NCBI GenBank assembly: GCA_965215505.1 | Contig: OZ244065.1 | Coordinates: forward strand, 4,864,001 to 4,928,000 | Reading direction: 5' to 3' | From: Capsulimonadaceae bacterium | Lineage (GTDB): Bacteria > Armatimonadota > Armatimonadia > Armatimonadales > Capsulimonadaceae | DNA: 64,000 nucleotides | Shown here: in pieces, positions 19,180 to 27,654 of the stretch | How positions within the stretch are numbered: the first letter of the stretch is position 1 | How the letters are laid out: every line of letters begins with the position of its first letter | The notes under the pieces: generated by a model | Told to the model about the DNA's origin: nothing | Database searches by the model: none | Seen by the model: the letters and a program-made list of their open reading frames with translations, nothing else | Program-made: the position numbers and the translations under genes

Positions 19180-20412
19180 ATGTCTCTCCCATTTAGGCGT
19201 CTGTCATCCTTCAGCCGTCCGCTCGGCGTGGCCGCACTCGGCCTGAGCCTGCTCGCCGGCCCGCTCACGGCCCGCGCCCAACTCGGCGTCCACATCGACC
19301 CGCAGGCGCGCACCCTCCTTGATGAGATGGTGGCCTCGCAGCAGGCATTGACCGGCCTCAAGGCCACTGTCACCGTCCGGGACTTCGCGGCGGCGGGCGA
19401 GCGGGACCAAACGATCACCCTGGCGTTCCACCGGCCCAACCAGGCCCGCGTCGCCCTCGGCGACCATGCCGGTCCCCTCGCACAGTTCAGTGCCGACGGT
19501 AAAAACCTCGTCATCTACTCGGTCCGCGACAAGAAATTCACCCGGCAAGCCGCGCCCACCGGGCCAGACGCCATCGCCGGGGTCCTGAGCCTGTCGCGCG
19601 CCCTGCTGCCCGCCCTGCTGTCACGGCCCGCCATCCTTACCCGTCTCCTGGTCCAACCCGGCGTCCAGGTGGCCGGCGCGGGCGCGGACACGGTGGGCGG
19701 CGTGCCCGTGGACGTCGTCAACGTCACGCCGGCCGCGAAGCCCGGTGCTCCCCGACTGACACTCTCCCTCGCCGTGGGCCGCAAGGACCACCTGCTGCGG
19801 CGTCTGACCGAGCGCACGTCCGCTTCCCAGGCCGGCCCGAAGTCGCTGCACACCGAGACCGTCACCCTGCTGACGGCGGACCCCCGGCTGACCGCGCGGG
19901 ACTTCGCCTTCACGCCCCCGGCGGGCGTCACGAAGATGGCGCAGCAGTCCCAGCCGACGATGCACGACCCGCGCCTCGTGCCGGGCGCGCGGCCCTTCCC
20001 GATCGTGGCAAAAGACCTGAGCGGACAGCCGCTCTCGCTGGCGCAGTACCGGGGGAAGGTGGTCCTGATGGACTTCTGGGCGACCTGGTGCGGGCCGTGC
20101 GTCGGCGAGATGCCGAACGTCATCGCCGCCTACAGGAAGTACCACGCGCAAGGCTTCGACGTGGTGGGCGTCTCGCTGGACTCGGACCACGCGGCCCTGA
20201 CATCGTTCCTCAAGCAGAACCAGATGCCCTGGCGTCAGGTCTACGACGGCAAAGGGTGGGAGAGCGCCGTCCCGAACCAGTACGGCGTCCGCTCCATCCC
20301 CTTCGCCCTGCTGGTCGGGCGCGACGGCAGGATCATCGCCGTCGGGGCGCGCGGCCCGGACCTAGGGACGGCGATCCAGCACGCGCTGGCCCAGAAGACG
20401 GCGGCCCGGTAG
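19180..20412 (+). CDS. Exported LolA/DUF2092-like domain fused to a TlpA-family thiol-disulfide oxidoreductase
   Basis: Signal peptide; LolA-like beta domain ending FAFTPPAG; DFWATWCGPC; YGVRSIP. Confidence 0.85.
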   Translation: MSLPFRRLSSFSRPLGVAALGLSLLAGPLTARAQLGVHIDPQARTLLDEMVASQQALTGLKATVTVRDFAAAGERDQTITLAFHRPNQARVALGDHAGPLAQFSADGKNLVIYSVRDKKFTRQAAPTGPDAIAGVLSLSRALLPALLSRPAILTRLLVQPGVQVAGAGADTVGGVPVDVVNVTPAAKPGAPRLTLSLAVGRKDHLLRRLTERTSASQAGPKSLHTETVTLLTADPRLTARDFAFTPPAGVTKMAQQSQPTMHDPRLVPGARPFPIVAKDLSGQPLSLAQYRGKVVLMDFWATWCGPCVGEMPNVIAAYRKYHAQGFDVVGVSLDSDHAALTSFLKQNQMPWRQVYDGKGWESAVPNQYGVRSIPFALLVGRDGRIIAVGARGPDLGTAIQHALAQKTAAR

Positions 20413-20414
20413 AT

Positions 20415-20591
20415 CCTCTCCCCCGGCGCAAGCGCCGTCCCCTCCCCTCGGAGGGAAAGGGTGTAAGTAGAGATTGGGGCAGTCTTATCGCAAGCCTGAC
20501 CGTGACCGGCAGCCGCATGACAAGAAGTGCCTTGGCCCCCACCACACCCCCTTCCCGCTTCGGGAGGGGCAGCGGCTTGTCGCGGGGTGGG
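20415..20591. repeat. ~180-bp MITE/REP-like element with imperfect ~50-bp terminal inverted repeats
   Basis: Left arm ...cccctcccctcggagggaaagggtgt resembles the reverse complement of right arm acacccccttcccgcttcgggagggg... Confidence 0.5.
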
Positions 20592-20592
20592 T

Positions 20593-20718
20593 TCAGTGTT
20601 CGTCCGTGTTCGACGCCTGCTGCCGCTTCTCGCGGCTGAAGATCCCGATCATGATGCTCCCCGTGACGAGCAGGGACAGGCCGGCGACGGTCATGAGGAC
20701 GATTGCTTGGTGTGGCAT
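20593..20718 (-). CDS. 41-aa single-pass membrane microprotein (absent from the ORF track)
   Basis: MPHQAIVLMTVAGLSLLVTGSIMIGIFSREKRQQASNTDEH; RBS AGGA; starts 15 nt after the folC stop; high GC3. Confidence 0.7.
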   Translation of the reverse strand: MPHQAIVLMTVAGLSLLVTGSIMIGIFSREKRQQASNTDEH

Positions 20719-20733
20719 GGTGAATGGTTTCCT

Positions 20734-22047
20734 TTAGGAAGTCGGAGTTTCGGAACTCAAGTCGGACCAGAAGGCGGGCGGCACGTCGCCCACCGTGTAG
20801 AACGAGCCGGTGACGCAGACCAGGTCGTCCGGCCCGGCCTGGGACAGCGCCAGCCGGACGGCGTCGGCGACGCCCGTCTCGACCGTCTGTACATTCGGAA
20901 AGCCGTGGCGGCGGGCGGCCTCCGCCACGTCGAGGGCCGGGCGCGGGCGGAAGGCCGGCTGGGTCGCGACCAGCAGGGCCGGCCTCAGCGCGGCCAATGG
21001 GGCCAGGAACGGGCCAGGGTCGTGGTGCCGGGACAGGCCGACCACCAGAGTCAGCCGCCGCCCGTCCGCGCCGTACTGGTCGCGCAGGGCCGCCGCCAGC
21101 ACCAGGGCCGACAGCTCGTTGTGCGCCACGTCCACGACGACCGTTGGGCTTGACCGTACCTGTTCCAGACGGCCCGGCACCCAGGCCGTCTCCAGGCCGT
21201 GCCGCGCGACCTCGTCGGAAACCGGGGGCAGCTCAGACGGAGCGACGGCGTCCAGGGCGCAGAGCGCCGCCGCCGCGTTGACCGCCTGGAACGCGCCCCG
21301 CAGCTCCAAACGCACCCCGGCCAGGGTGCGTTTCGGCGTCGTCAGCGTCAGCCCGTCGGCACCGAGTTCCGGGGAGGGAACCGGAATCAGGGGAGCGCCC
21401 CGCTCCTTGCAGATGCGCGCGATCACCTCCCACGCCTCGCCGCCGACCGGAACGCCGGTGACGCACGGGACGCCGGGCTTGACGATGCCCGCCTTCTCCG
21501 CCGCGATCTCCCCCAAAGTCTCGCCCAGCAATTCGGTGTGGTCCAGCCCGATGTTCGTGATGACCGTCATCAGCGGGCGCGTGACGACGTTCGTCGCGTC
21601 CAGCCGTCCGCCCAAGCCCACCTCCAGCACGGCATAATCCACGGCCCGCTCGGCGAAGTAGCACAGGCCGACTGCTGTCTTCAGCTCGAACTCCGTGGTC
21701 GCCCCGTGTTCTGTTTCCTCTAAAGCCACCACATGCGGGCGGATGTCCGAAACCCAGCGGGCGAAGTCCGCCCGCGAGATCATCTCGCCGTTGATCTGGA
21801 CGCGCTCGCGGACGTCGTAAACATAGGGCGATAGGTACATCCCGACTGTATGGCCCGCCTCCCGCAAAACATTGGCCGCCATCGCCGTCGTGGACCCCTT
21901 GCCTTTCGTCCCGGCGATGTGGATGACGCGCAGACACTCCTGCGGGTCCCCCAGCCGGTGCAGCAGGGCGAGGAACCGCTCGTTCCCCAGCTTCATCCCC
22001 AGCCGCAGCCGCCCCTGCATGTATCCCAGCGCCTCATCAAAATCCAT
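20734..22047 (-). CDS. folC: Bifunctional folylpolyglutamate synthase/dihydrofolate synthase
   Basis: HIAGTKGKGST, LEVGLGGRLDATN, WVPGRLE, DVAHN and TGSFYTVG. Confidence 0.95.
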   Translation of the reverse strand: MDFDEALGYMQGRLRLGMKLGNERFLALLHRLGDPQECLRVIHIAGTKGKGSTTAMAANVLREAGHTVGMYLSPYVYDVRERVQINGEMISRADFARWVSDIRPHVVALEETEHGATTEFELKTAVGLCYFAERAVDYAVLEVGLGGRLDATNVVTRPLMTVITNIGLDHTELLGETLGEIAAEKAGIVKPGVPCVTGVPVGGEAWEVIARICKERGAPLIPVPSPELGADGLTLTTPKRTLAGVRLELRGAFQAVNAAAALCALDAVAPSELPPVSDEVARHGLETAWVPGRLEQVRSSPTVVVDVAHNELSALVLAAALRDQYGADGRRLTLVVGLSRHHDPGPFLAPLAALRPALLVATQPAFRPRPALDVAEAARRHGFPNVQTVETGVADAVRLALSQAGPDDLVCVTGSFYTVGDVPPAFWSDLSSETPTS

Positions 22048-22118
22048 AGGGGCCTTAGTATACCCGACCCACGGAGCGCGCGGATATGTTATAATGGAGC
22101 CATTCAGAGGAGAATACC

Positions 22119-22958
22119 ATGAACACGACGCTTCCGACGCAGGCCACCGAGTTCGACACCGCCGCCCTCATGGGCGGCCTCTATGGGGACGGCATCCTCG
22201 GCCTCAAAGGGGCCTTCGACCGCCGATGGGTGCAGGACCTCCGCGAAGACATCGACGTGCTGTTCCAGGAGGCCCTGGCCCGCCCCGGCGGGGCCGTCGG
22301 GCGCGGGCCGAAGCGCTACTACGTCGAGATCCACCCGGAGCGGGTGCGCGGGTTCGTCCACCTCGCCACCCACCCTTGGGTGACATCGGTCTGCGAGGCC
22401 GTCCTCGGCCCGGACTACCAGATCGTGGAGATCGGTTTTGACGTGCCCGGTCCCGGCGCGGTCAACCAGCCCTGGCACCGCGACTTCCCCGCCCCCGAGG
22501 AGACACTGACCGGCCGGCGGCTGACCTCGCTCGCGTTCAACGTCACCGCCGTGGACGTGTTCGAGGACATGGGGCCGTTCGAGATCGCCCCCGGAACCCA
22601 GTGGGACGCCCCCGACGGCTTTGAACACGGCATGTTCGCGCCCAAGTCACTCTACCCCCGGTACGAGGGCCGCGCGCAGCGCAAGATGCCGCAGATGGGC
22701 GACATCTCCGTCCGCTCCGCCCTGACCATGCACCGGGGCACGGCGAACCACTCGGACAAGTCCCGCCCCGTCCTCGTCCTGGGCGTGGATGCGCCCGGAG
22801 CGGGCAATGCCGAGCGTCACGACTTGCAGGCGACGCCTGCCTTCAACGAAACCCTGCCCGCCGCCCTGCGCGCACACATGACTTACCGCGTGGTGGACGT
22901 TTTGGAACCCATCGTGCAGGCCCACACCATCGAGGGCCTGGTCATGGGCGAGGCGTAG
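22119..22958 (+). CDS. Phytanoyl-CoA dioxygenase (PhyH) family 2OG-Fe(II) dioxygenase
   Basis: QPWHRD...MHRG...RP facial triad pattern; extended -10 TGtTATAAT and RBS GAGGAG upstream. Confidence 0.85.
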   Translation: MNTTLPTQATEFDTAALMGGLYGDGILGLKGAFDRRWVQDLREDIDVLFQEALARPGGAVGRGPKRYYVEIHPERVRGFVHLATHPWVTSVCEAVLGPDYQIVEIGFDVPGPGAVNQPWHRDFPAPEETLTGRRLTSLAFNVTAVDVFEDMGPFEIAPGTQWDAPDGFEHGMFAPKSLYPRYEGRAQRKMPQMGDISVRSALTMHRGTANHSDKSRPVLVLGVDAPGAGNAERHDLQATPAFNETLPAALRAHMTYRVVDVLEPIVQAHTIEGLVMGEA

Positions 22959-22980
22959 GGCGGGGAAACCCCGCCCCTAC
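22958..22980. repeat. GTAG-type REP-like palindrome
   Basis: Reverse complement is gtaggggcggggtttccccgccc; lies between convergent genes. Confidence 0.65.
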
Positions 22981-22982
22981 GT

Positions 22983-24170
22983 CTACCACCCGCGCAGCCG
23001 TTTCAGGTCCTTGTAGGCCAGGACGATCTCCTGCATCTCGGCGTTCGCCCGCTCCCTGACGTCCGGGCCGTCCACGCGCACCCGGTCCGGGTGGTGGATG
23101 AGGACGAGTTTCCGGAACTGCCGGGTCGCCTCCGCCTTCGTGCAGGACGGCAGCAGGCCCAGCCGCCCGAAGCAGTCCTCGGACGGCGCATCCGACGGCG
23201 GCATCTCCCCGTCGGTCCGGCGGAAGCGCTGGAACGCCCGGAACAGGGCGGCAAACTGGTCCGCCGCCCCGACCGAACTCACATGGAGCGTCGCCTTCAG
23301 TTCTGACTCCGGCAGAGAACCCGGCTCGGGTGTCGAACCAGGCTCGGGCGGCGCTTCGACCTCCAGGACCCCGTACTGCGCGATGGGGATGCCCTGCGTC
23401 CCGCCCGAGGCCGTCCGCCGCAGGGGCCGGCCCACGACCTGTGCGTCCCGAGGCACCTGCTCCTCCTCGATGAACCGTGTCGTCCCCGCCGCCACCTTCA
23501 GGCGCGCGTACTCGATGGCCTCATACTCCCCGTTTTGCAGCACATACAGCCGGTCCGGGAGGAACAGCCACCGTTGCGTGCCCAGGTGCAGGCAGTACGG
23601 CATGATGCTGCTGGTCAGCCCCATGGGCGTCTCGCGGCGCAGGGAGGCGCGCACCCGCGTCACCAGCGCCTCCTTGTCCTGCTGCCGGCCCGCAGTGCGT
23701 TCCCGCGTCTCGATCCGCCAGATTCGCTCGGTCCGCGTGAGCGCGTCCAGCGCGTGGTTCAGCAGAGTCCAGCGCTCCCGCGCGTCGGCATCCAATTGGT
23801 ATATCAGGTGGAAGCGCTGCCGCTGCGCGTCCGCCGCCCGCGCGTAGTGGAACGCGGCCACCGTCAGGGCCGCCACCAGCGCACACAGGAGGAGGCGGAC
23901 CCAAGACGGCAGCGGGAGCAGGAAAAACACAAAGCCGATGGCCGCGCCCCCTACCGGCACCATCCCCACCCACTGGGCCGGACGCCAGGCCGCATTCATC
24001 TGATTCAGTGCCGCGCGGGACGACCGCAGGGGAGTCTGATCGGCCTCACCCTGTTCCGAGTGCGGCGTGGTCCGCCCCTGCCCATTCGTTTGCCGGTACT
24101 GTCTCCCCTCGGCGCTTATGGCGATCTGCATCCCGCCGACCTCGACTGATTTCCGCTCCGCAAATGCCAT
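22983..24170 (-). CDS. Membrane protein with DUF4236-like N-terminus and C-terminal J-domain
   Basis: AFAERKSVEVGGMQIAISAEG; 2 TM; LGL...HHPDRV...EIVLAYKDL. Confidence 0.78.
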   Translation of the reverse strand: MAFAERKSVEVGGMQIAISAEGRQYRQTNGQGRTTPHSEQGEADQTPLRSSRAALNQMNAAWRPAQWVGMVPVGGAAIGFVFFLLPLPSWVRLLLCALVAALTVAAFHYARAADAQRQRFHLIYQLDADARERWTLLNHALDALTRTERIWRIETRERTAGRQQDKEALVTRVRASLRRETPMGLTSSIMPYCLHLGTQRWLFLPDRLYVLQNGEYEAIEYARLKVAAGTTRFIEEEQVPRDAQVVGRPLRRTASGGTQGIPIAQYGVLEVEAPPEPGSTPEPGSLPESELKATLHVSSVGAADQFAALFRAFQRFRRTDGEMPPSDAPSEDCFGRLGLLPSCTKAEATRQFRKLVLIHHPDRVRVDGPDVRERANAEMQEIVLAYKDLKRLRGW

Positions 24171-24320
24171 GTGTTCCGCCGGACCCACTTTCCTCTTCGC
24201 TCCGCGCCTCTTCCGCCGCGCCGCCCTCTTTGTTCCCCGTGTGGCGGGTGTTTCCCTGCTTCCCACGCCTCACGCGGGATATTATCGGCTAAAACGGCGG
24301 CGTGTGGTATCCTTGCATGC

Positions 24321-25571
24321 ATGACACTCGCCCGCACACCCCTAGTGATGCTGTCCCTCGCCCTGCTCTTCACCCTGTCACCGCCGGGCCGGGCCGCGCC
24401 GCCTCCCACGGCACGACCCGTGCCAAAACCGCGCCTCCTGATGGCCCACTACATGCCCTGGTTTGCGGCCAAGCCGACCAGCAAAGGGTGGGGGTGGCAC
24501 TGGACCATGAACCACTTCCAGCCCGACCGTGTGACCGGCGGGCGGCGCGAGGCCGCCTCCCACTACTACCCGCTGATGGGGCTGTACGACTCCGGCGACC
24601 CGGACGCCCTGGACTGCCACGTCCTGCTGATGAAGTTCACCGGGATCGACGGCGTGCTGGTGGACTGGTACGGGAACGACGACTACAACGATTACGGCCT
24701 CCTCCACCGCAACACGCTCGCCCTGGTCCGGGCCGTCAAGAAGGCGCACCTGCGCTACGCCGTCGTCTACGAGGACCAGACGGTGCCCAAGCTGATCGCC
24801 GGCCGCGTCTTCCCCGAGGCGGACGCCGTCCCGCACGGGCGGCGACTGATGGCCTGGCTCCAGGCGCACTGGTTCTCCGACCCTTCTTACCTGACCCTGG
24901 ACGGCCGCCCGGTCTTCCTCGTCTTCGGCGGCACCTACTACACCGGGGACCAGTGGGGCCGGATGTTCGGGGGCCTGCTGCGCCTGCCCCTGTTCTTCAC
25001 CGAGGAGGACCGCCGCGCCCCCGCCGTGGGCGGCTTCGCCTGGCCCCAGCCGCAGGGCGGGGACGCCCAGAGCGTCCGCGAGCTGGACCGCTTCTACGCC
25101 GCCGCCCCGGCCTGGCCCCTCTCCCTCCCCGCCGCCTGGCCGCGCTTCCATGACATCTATGGGCAGGCCGGCGTCCAGCCGTCCTACGGCGTCATTGACG
25201 ACCGGGACGGCCTGACCTACGCCGGGACACTGGACCGCGCCCTGAAGAGCGATGCCGCGATCATCCAGCTCGTCACCTGGAACGACTGGGGGGAGGGGAC
25301 CCAGATCGAGCCTTCGGTCGAGACGGGATACCGCGACCTCGAAACGACCCAGAACAGGCGTCGCTCCCTTGATCCCGCCTTCCCCTACAGGGCGCAGGAC
25401 CTGCGGCTTCCCATCGCCCTCTACGCGCTCCAGAAGAAGGACGGGAATGACCCCGCCCGGCGGGCGAAGCTGGACACGATTTCCCGCCTGCTGTTCGCCG
25501 GGCGTCCGGCGCGGGCGCGGGCATTGCTGGCCGCCTATCGCGCCGCCCCCACCGGCCTCAGTCCGAAGTAG
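24321..25571 (+). CDS. Secreted glycoside hydrolase family 71/99-like
   Basis: AHYMPWF, YPLMGLYDS, GIDGVLVDWYG and TWNDWGEGTQIEP. Confidence 0.85.
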   Translation: MTLARTPLVMLSLALLFTLSPPGRAAPPPTARPVPKPRLLMAHYMPWFAAKPTSKGWGWHWTMNHFQPDRVTGGRREAASHYYPLMGLYDSGDPDALDCHVLLMKFTGIDGVLVDWYGNDDYNDYGLLHRNTLALVRAVKKAHLRYAVVYEDQTVPKLIAGRVFPEADAVPHGRRLMAWLQAHWFSDPSYLTLDGRPVFLVFGGTYYTGDQWGRMFGGLLRLPLFFTEEDRRAPAVGGFAWPQPQGGDAQSVRELDRFYAAAPAWPLSLPAAWPRFHDIYGQAGVQPSYGVIDDRDGLTYAGTLDRALKSDAAIIQLVTWNDWGEGTQIEPSVETGYRDLETTQNRRRSLDPAFPYRAQDLRLPIALYALQKKDGNDPARRAKLDTISRLLFAGRPARARALLAAYRAAPTGLSPK

Positions 25572-26647
25572 CCGCCGTCCGCGTCATAAAGGTAGTCGAA
25601 CGCCGAGAGCGCCCGCAGCCCCGTATTCACGAACGCGCCGTGCGTCGGCGTGATCCACGTCACCCGGCGCGGCGTCAGCGGGTCGGCACTGTCGCCCGCC
25701 TTGAAGTCGTAATGCAGCCTGCCGCCCAGCAGGGCGACCGTCACCTTCTCGCCCGGCGGCACCTCGCCCGCCGCCGGCCCGCCGGGGACGGCCAGCATCA
25801 TGTTCGTCAGCCCCGTGTCCATCAGCACCGTGCCCGCCGGCCCGCTCACCGCCCCGACCGTCACCCCCCCCGGCGGCGTCGCCCAGTCTTTGAGGCCGGG
25901 CCGCAGCGCGGCCGTCCCCGGCGAAACCGGGTTGGCCGCCAGCTTCTGGAACACATAGCCCGGCCCCACACCCGCCGCCGTCAGCCCGAGCGTGAAGCCC
26001 GCGCGGGTGATCGTGTAGCCGCGCCGCATCGTCCCCGCCTGCATCTCGCTCAGGTTCACGAAGGGGTTGTTCTCGGGGTGCGCCGCTCGGCCGCGCCCGA
26101 ACCCCACGCCGAACATGTACACGCGCGGGTTCAGCACCGGCGCGTGCGCCACGGCGTTCACGCCGACGCCGGAAAACCTTTTTTCCCGCACGGCCAGCAC
26201 CGGCACGACCGCCGTCGCCACCCGCCCCTGCGCGTCCTTCGAGTCCGGGAACGTCACCGTCGCCGTGGTCCACACGCCGTCCTCTTCCACGCCGCTGCTG
26301 GAGTATTTGATCTGCCCAGGCCGCGCGTTCGGATCGATGTTCGGCACCTCGTCCGCCGACGCGACGATCCCCACCGATCCCGTGTCCACCTGGAAATTCC
26401 GCACCGGGCCGCCGTTCAGCGACGCCCGCACCGTCATCTCGGTCAGGTGTTTGAAGTCCACCGGCCGCGCGAAGGGGACCGAATAGCTCTGCTTGTAGGC
26501 CGCATAATCCGGCGCAGGGTCATCCGCTTTGGCGACGCCCGCCGCCGCACCCAGCAGGGCGCCGGTCAGGCACAGGACCGACTCGCACCAGGAAAGGAGC
26601 CGCCCCCGCCGGCCGCCTGAACGTGCCTCCTTTCTTCGTCTCAGCAT
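25535..26647 (-). CDS. Secreted two-lobed pepsin-like aspartic protease
   Basis: Two catalytic motifs FQVDTGSVG and LMDTGLTN; flap IKYSSSG; C-terminal YLYDADGGYFGL; signal peptide. Confidence 0.68.
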   Translation of the reverse strand: MLRRRKEARSGGRRGRLLSWCESVLCLTGALLGAAAGVAKADDPAPDYAAYKQSYSVPFARPVDFKHLTEMTVRASLNGGPVRNFQVDTGSVGIVASADEVPNIDPNARPGQIKYSSSGVEEDGVWTTATVTFPDSKDAQGRVATAVVPVLAVREKRFSGVGVNAVAHAPVLNPRVYMFGVGFGRGRAAHPENNPFVNLSEMQAGTMRRGYTITRAGFTLGLTAAGVGPGYVFQKLAANPVSPGTAALRPGLKDWATPPGGVTVGAVSGPAGTVLMDTGLTNMMLAVPGGPAAGEVPPGEKVTVALLGGRLHYDFKAGDSADPLTPRRVTWITPTHGAFVNTGLRALSAFDYLYDADGGYFGLRPVGAAR

Positions 26648-26768
26648 GACTGACCTCCCATATCCGTGTAGGATTGATTTTGCCGCCGCAGTATGAAAAC
26701 ATTATGGCCGATGTCTTGACATAAGCGCGCGTCCCCCATGCGGCCCCGAAATAATTTCTCCCCTTCCC

Positions 26769-26797
26769 TTGACAATCTCGGGGCCAGTGGGTATCAT
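26769..26797 (+). promoter_or_regulatory. sigma70 promoter of the PadR gene
   Basis: TTGACA-17-TATCAT. Confidence 0.75.
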
Positions 26798-26798
26798 C

Positions 26799-26826
26799 AA
26801 CATATCACGATATATCGTGATATGTT
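26799..26826. promoter_or_regulatory. Perfect 28-bp palindromic operator over the transcription start
   Basis: AACATATCACGATATATCGTGATATGTT is its own reverse complement. Confidence 0.85.
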
Positions 26827-26848
26827 AGCAACTGAAAGTGAGACATCC

Positions 26849-27535
26849 ATGCGAGACGAAGCACTACGACAACACCACCAGCGCGGCCATCACCACCATG
26901 AGGGGGGGCATGACCACGGCGGCCACCACGACGGGGGCTTGCCCGGCCACGGCCATCGGGGCGGGCGTCACGGGCGCGGCGGCGACGGCGGGCCGGGGCG
27001 GGACCACTTCGGCGGACCGCGCGGCCGGGCGCGGCGGGGCGAGGCGCGCACCATCCTCCTGGATGCCCTGCGCGACGGCCCCAAGCACGGCTACGAGATC
27101 ATCAAGGCCCTGGAAGAGCGCTCGGCAGGCCGGTACGCCCCCAGCCCCGGCACGGTCTACCCGACGATGCAGCTTCTGGAAGACCAGGGGCTGGTGCGCG
27201 CCGACCAGGGAGCGGAGCGGCGCGTCTACAGTCTGACCGAGGCCGGGCGTACCGACCTGGAATCCCATGCCGAAGAAGTGGCGGACTTCTGGGCGCGCTT
27301 CGCGGGTCCCGCCACCTCCCCGGCCAGCCGGCCCGAAGTGGGCTTCCTGCGGGACGAGATGGACGACCTGGCGCGGACCGTCTGGGGCGGGCTGCGGGAC
27401 GCCCTGGAACGGGACGACCCGGAAACGGTCCGCTCTGTCCGGCAGGCCCTGGCGCGTTGCCGGGAGGAAGTGCGCGCGCTCATCGCCGCCGCGACAACAG
27501 AGACCGGAGCCGCCGCCGAGGAGATCAATCTCTAG
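26849..27535 (+). CDS. PadR family regulator with His/Gly-rich N-terminus (YqjI-like)
   Basis: HGYEIIKALEERSAGRYAPSPGTVYPTMQLLED; N-terminal QHHQRGHHHHEGGHDHGGHH. Confidence 0.9.
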   Translation: MRDEALRQHHQRGHHHHEGGHDHGGHHDGGLPGHGHRGGRHGRGGDGGPGRDHFGGPRGRARRGEARTILLDALRDGPKHGYEIIKALEERSAGRYAPSPGTVYPTMQLLEDQGLVRADQGAERRVYSLTEAGRTDLESHAEEVADFWARFAGPATSPASRPEVGFLRDEMDDLARTVWGGLRDALERDDPETVRSVRQALARCREEVRALIAAATTETGAAAEEINL

Positions 27536-27654
27536 AAACCTAATGACGCAACAGACCACACAAACCGTGTGATGAGATGTGGAGAATTGGCCTCAGCCCT
27601 TCGTCCACTTTTGTTCACATCTTCTTCATCTCTGGCTGTTATGATGCACTAACG

